Positions 62,628 to 64,000 of a DNA stretch of 64,000 nt are shown piece after piece; positions within the stretch are counted from its first letter, which is position 1, and each line of letters begins with the position of its first letter. Origin of the DNA: Squalus acanthias (lineage: Eukaryota). The DNA lies in contig CM059432.1 of the NCBI GenBank assembly GCA_030390025.1, forward strand, positions 11,780,001 through 11,844,000. Direction: 5' to 3'. Below the pieces are notes generated by a model that had not been told where the DNA came from, ran no database searches, and saw only the letters and a program-made list of their open reading frames with translations. The position numbers were made by a program, and so were the translations under genes.

Positions 62628-64000
62628 TATATATATATATATATTGTTAGCTCAATGTCAATTTAGCAGTGCAGTTTGAATATCTGATGGTATTGACTTT
62701 AGATATTGGTAAAATGTTCATTTTTGCGTACTTTATTTACTCAATAATTAGAGAAAGATGAAACTGCTGTTTCATTAGCTTACCAATGGTGATTGATTAA
62801 TTGTGACATTAATTGGGGATCGAGTGGGAAAGTGGAGTTGAGGTAGAAGATCAGCCATGATCTTATTGAATGGCGGAGCAGGCTCAAAGGACCGTATGGC
62901 CGACTCCTGCTCCTAATTCTTAAGTTTTTATGAAATACCAAAGAGCCTACTCAGATCAGAACACCATAGAAATATAGAATGTTACAGCATTCGGGTCAAG
63001 TCTGCATCAGTATTTCTCCACGTGAGCCACCGAGTTCAATCATACTCTCCTGCTCAGTCCCCTGAACCAGTAATATTCCTCTGTTTCAAGCAACTAATTC
63101 TCTTTTTAAACAACTTATAGAATCTGCTTCAACAACAGTGCATGACTGAATTTCACAATCTAACAACCTCTGTGCAAAGAATTTTATCAAACCTGCCCTT
63201 TAATTGTTTTGTGATCATCTTAAGTTTACGCCTTGCCGTTACCATCTCGCTAACCAGTGGAAACAATCTCACTATTTATCTTATCAGAACCCTTCATAAT
63301 CTTGAAGACCTCTATCCGTTCACCCCTTAACATTATCAGCACGAGTCTAAAAGCCCTAAATAAGAACATAAGAAGTAAGAGCAGGAGTCGGCCATACAGC
63401 CCCTCGAGCCTGCTCCGCCATTCAATAAGATCATGGCTGATCATCCACCTCAACTCCACTTTCCTGCCCGATCCCCATATCCCTTGATTTCCCTAGAGTC
63501 CAAAAATCTATCTATCTCAGCCTTGAATATACTCAATGACTCAGCATCCACAGCCCTCTGGGGCAGAGAATTCCAAAGATTCACAACCCTTTGAGTGAAG
63601 AAATTCTTCCTCATCTCAGTCTTAAATGGCCGACCCCTTATCCTGAGACTGTGCCCCCTAGTTCTAGACACTCCAGCCCAGGGGAAACAACCTCTCAGCC
63701 TCTACCCTGTCCTAACTTTCTCTTCAAAACTGTAAAGCCCTCATCCATGGTAACATCCTAAATGAATCTACGCTACACCTTTTCCATTGCTTTTATACCC
63801 TTCCTTTAATGAGGTGCCCACAACTGTACATAATAGTGCACCTGAAGACGAAGGCCTTGCACAAGTTTAACATTACTTTCTTGTTTTTGTATGTTATGCC
63901 TCTAGATACTATTTTGAGGAATTGGTGGGATGTTATTATCGTCGATTAAAAACTGGCTGGATTCCCATAAGCAGAAAGTGGTTATCGATGGTTGCGGATC

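Overview
Eukaryotic, repeat-dense vertebrate DNA; the repeat families (CR1-clade LINEs, Deu-domain tRNA-SINEs, Penelope-like elements) suggest a cartilaginous fish (inference). The + strand carries the 3' part of SPIRE1: six coding exons from 1844 to 33458, including an intact 174-nt/58-aa exon resembling the mitochondria-targeting 'exon C' of mammalian Spire1C. Converging on it from the - strand is an unrecognised multi-exon gene (exons 57106-57050, 50602-50438, 49382-49081, possibly 58999-58962). It is largely missed by the ORF track and encodes two RHIM-like amyloid-signalling motifs followed by an acidic tail; this is the best candidate for an undescribed system here. The rest is nested transposable elements: a near-full-length CR1 LINE interrupted by a hAT transposon, many CR1/L2 fragments, SINEs, hAT and Harbinger-like MITEs, Penelope-like elements with two families of minimal hammerhead ribozymes, and a 32-bp minisatellite. 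Most ORF-track entries are TE-derived or spurious. TE boundaries are approximate unless a TSD or TIR is quoted.
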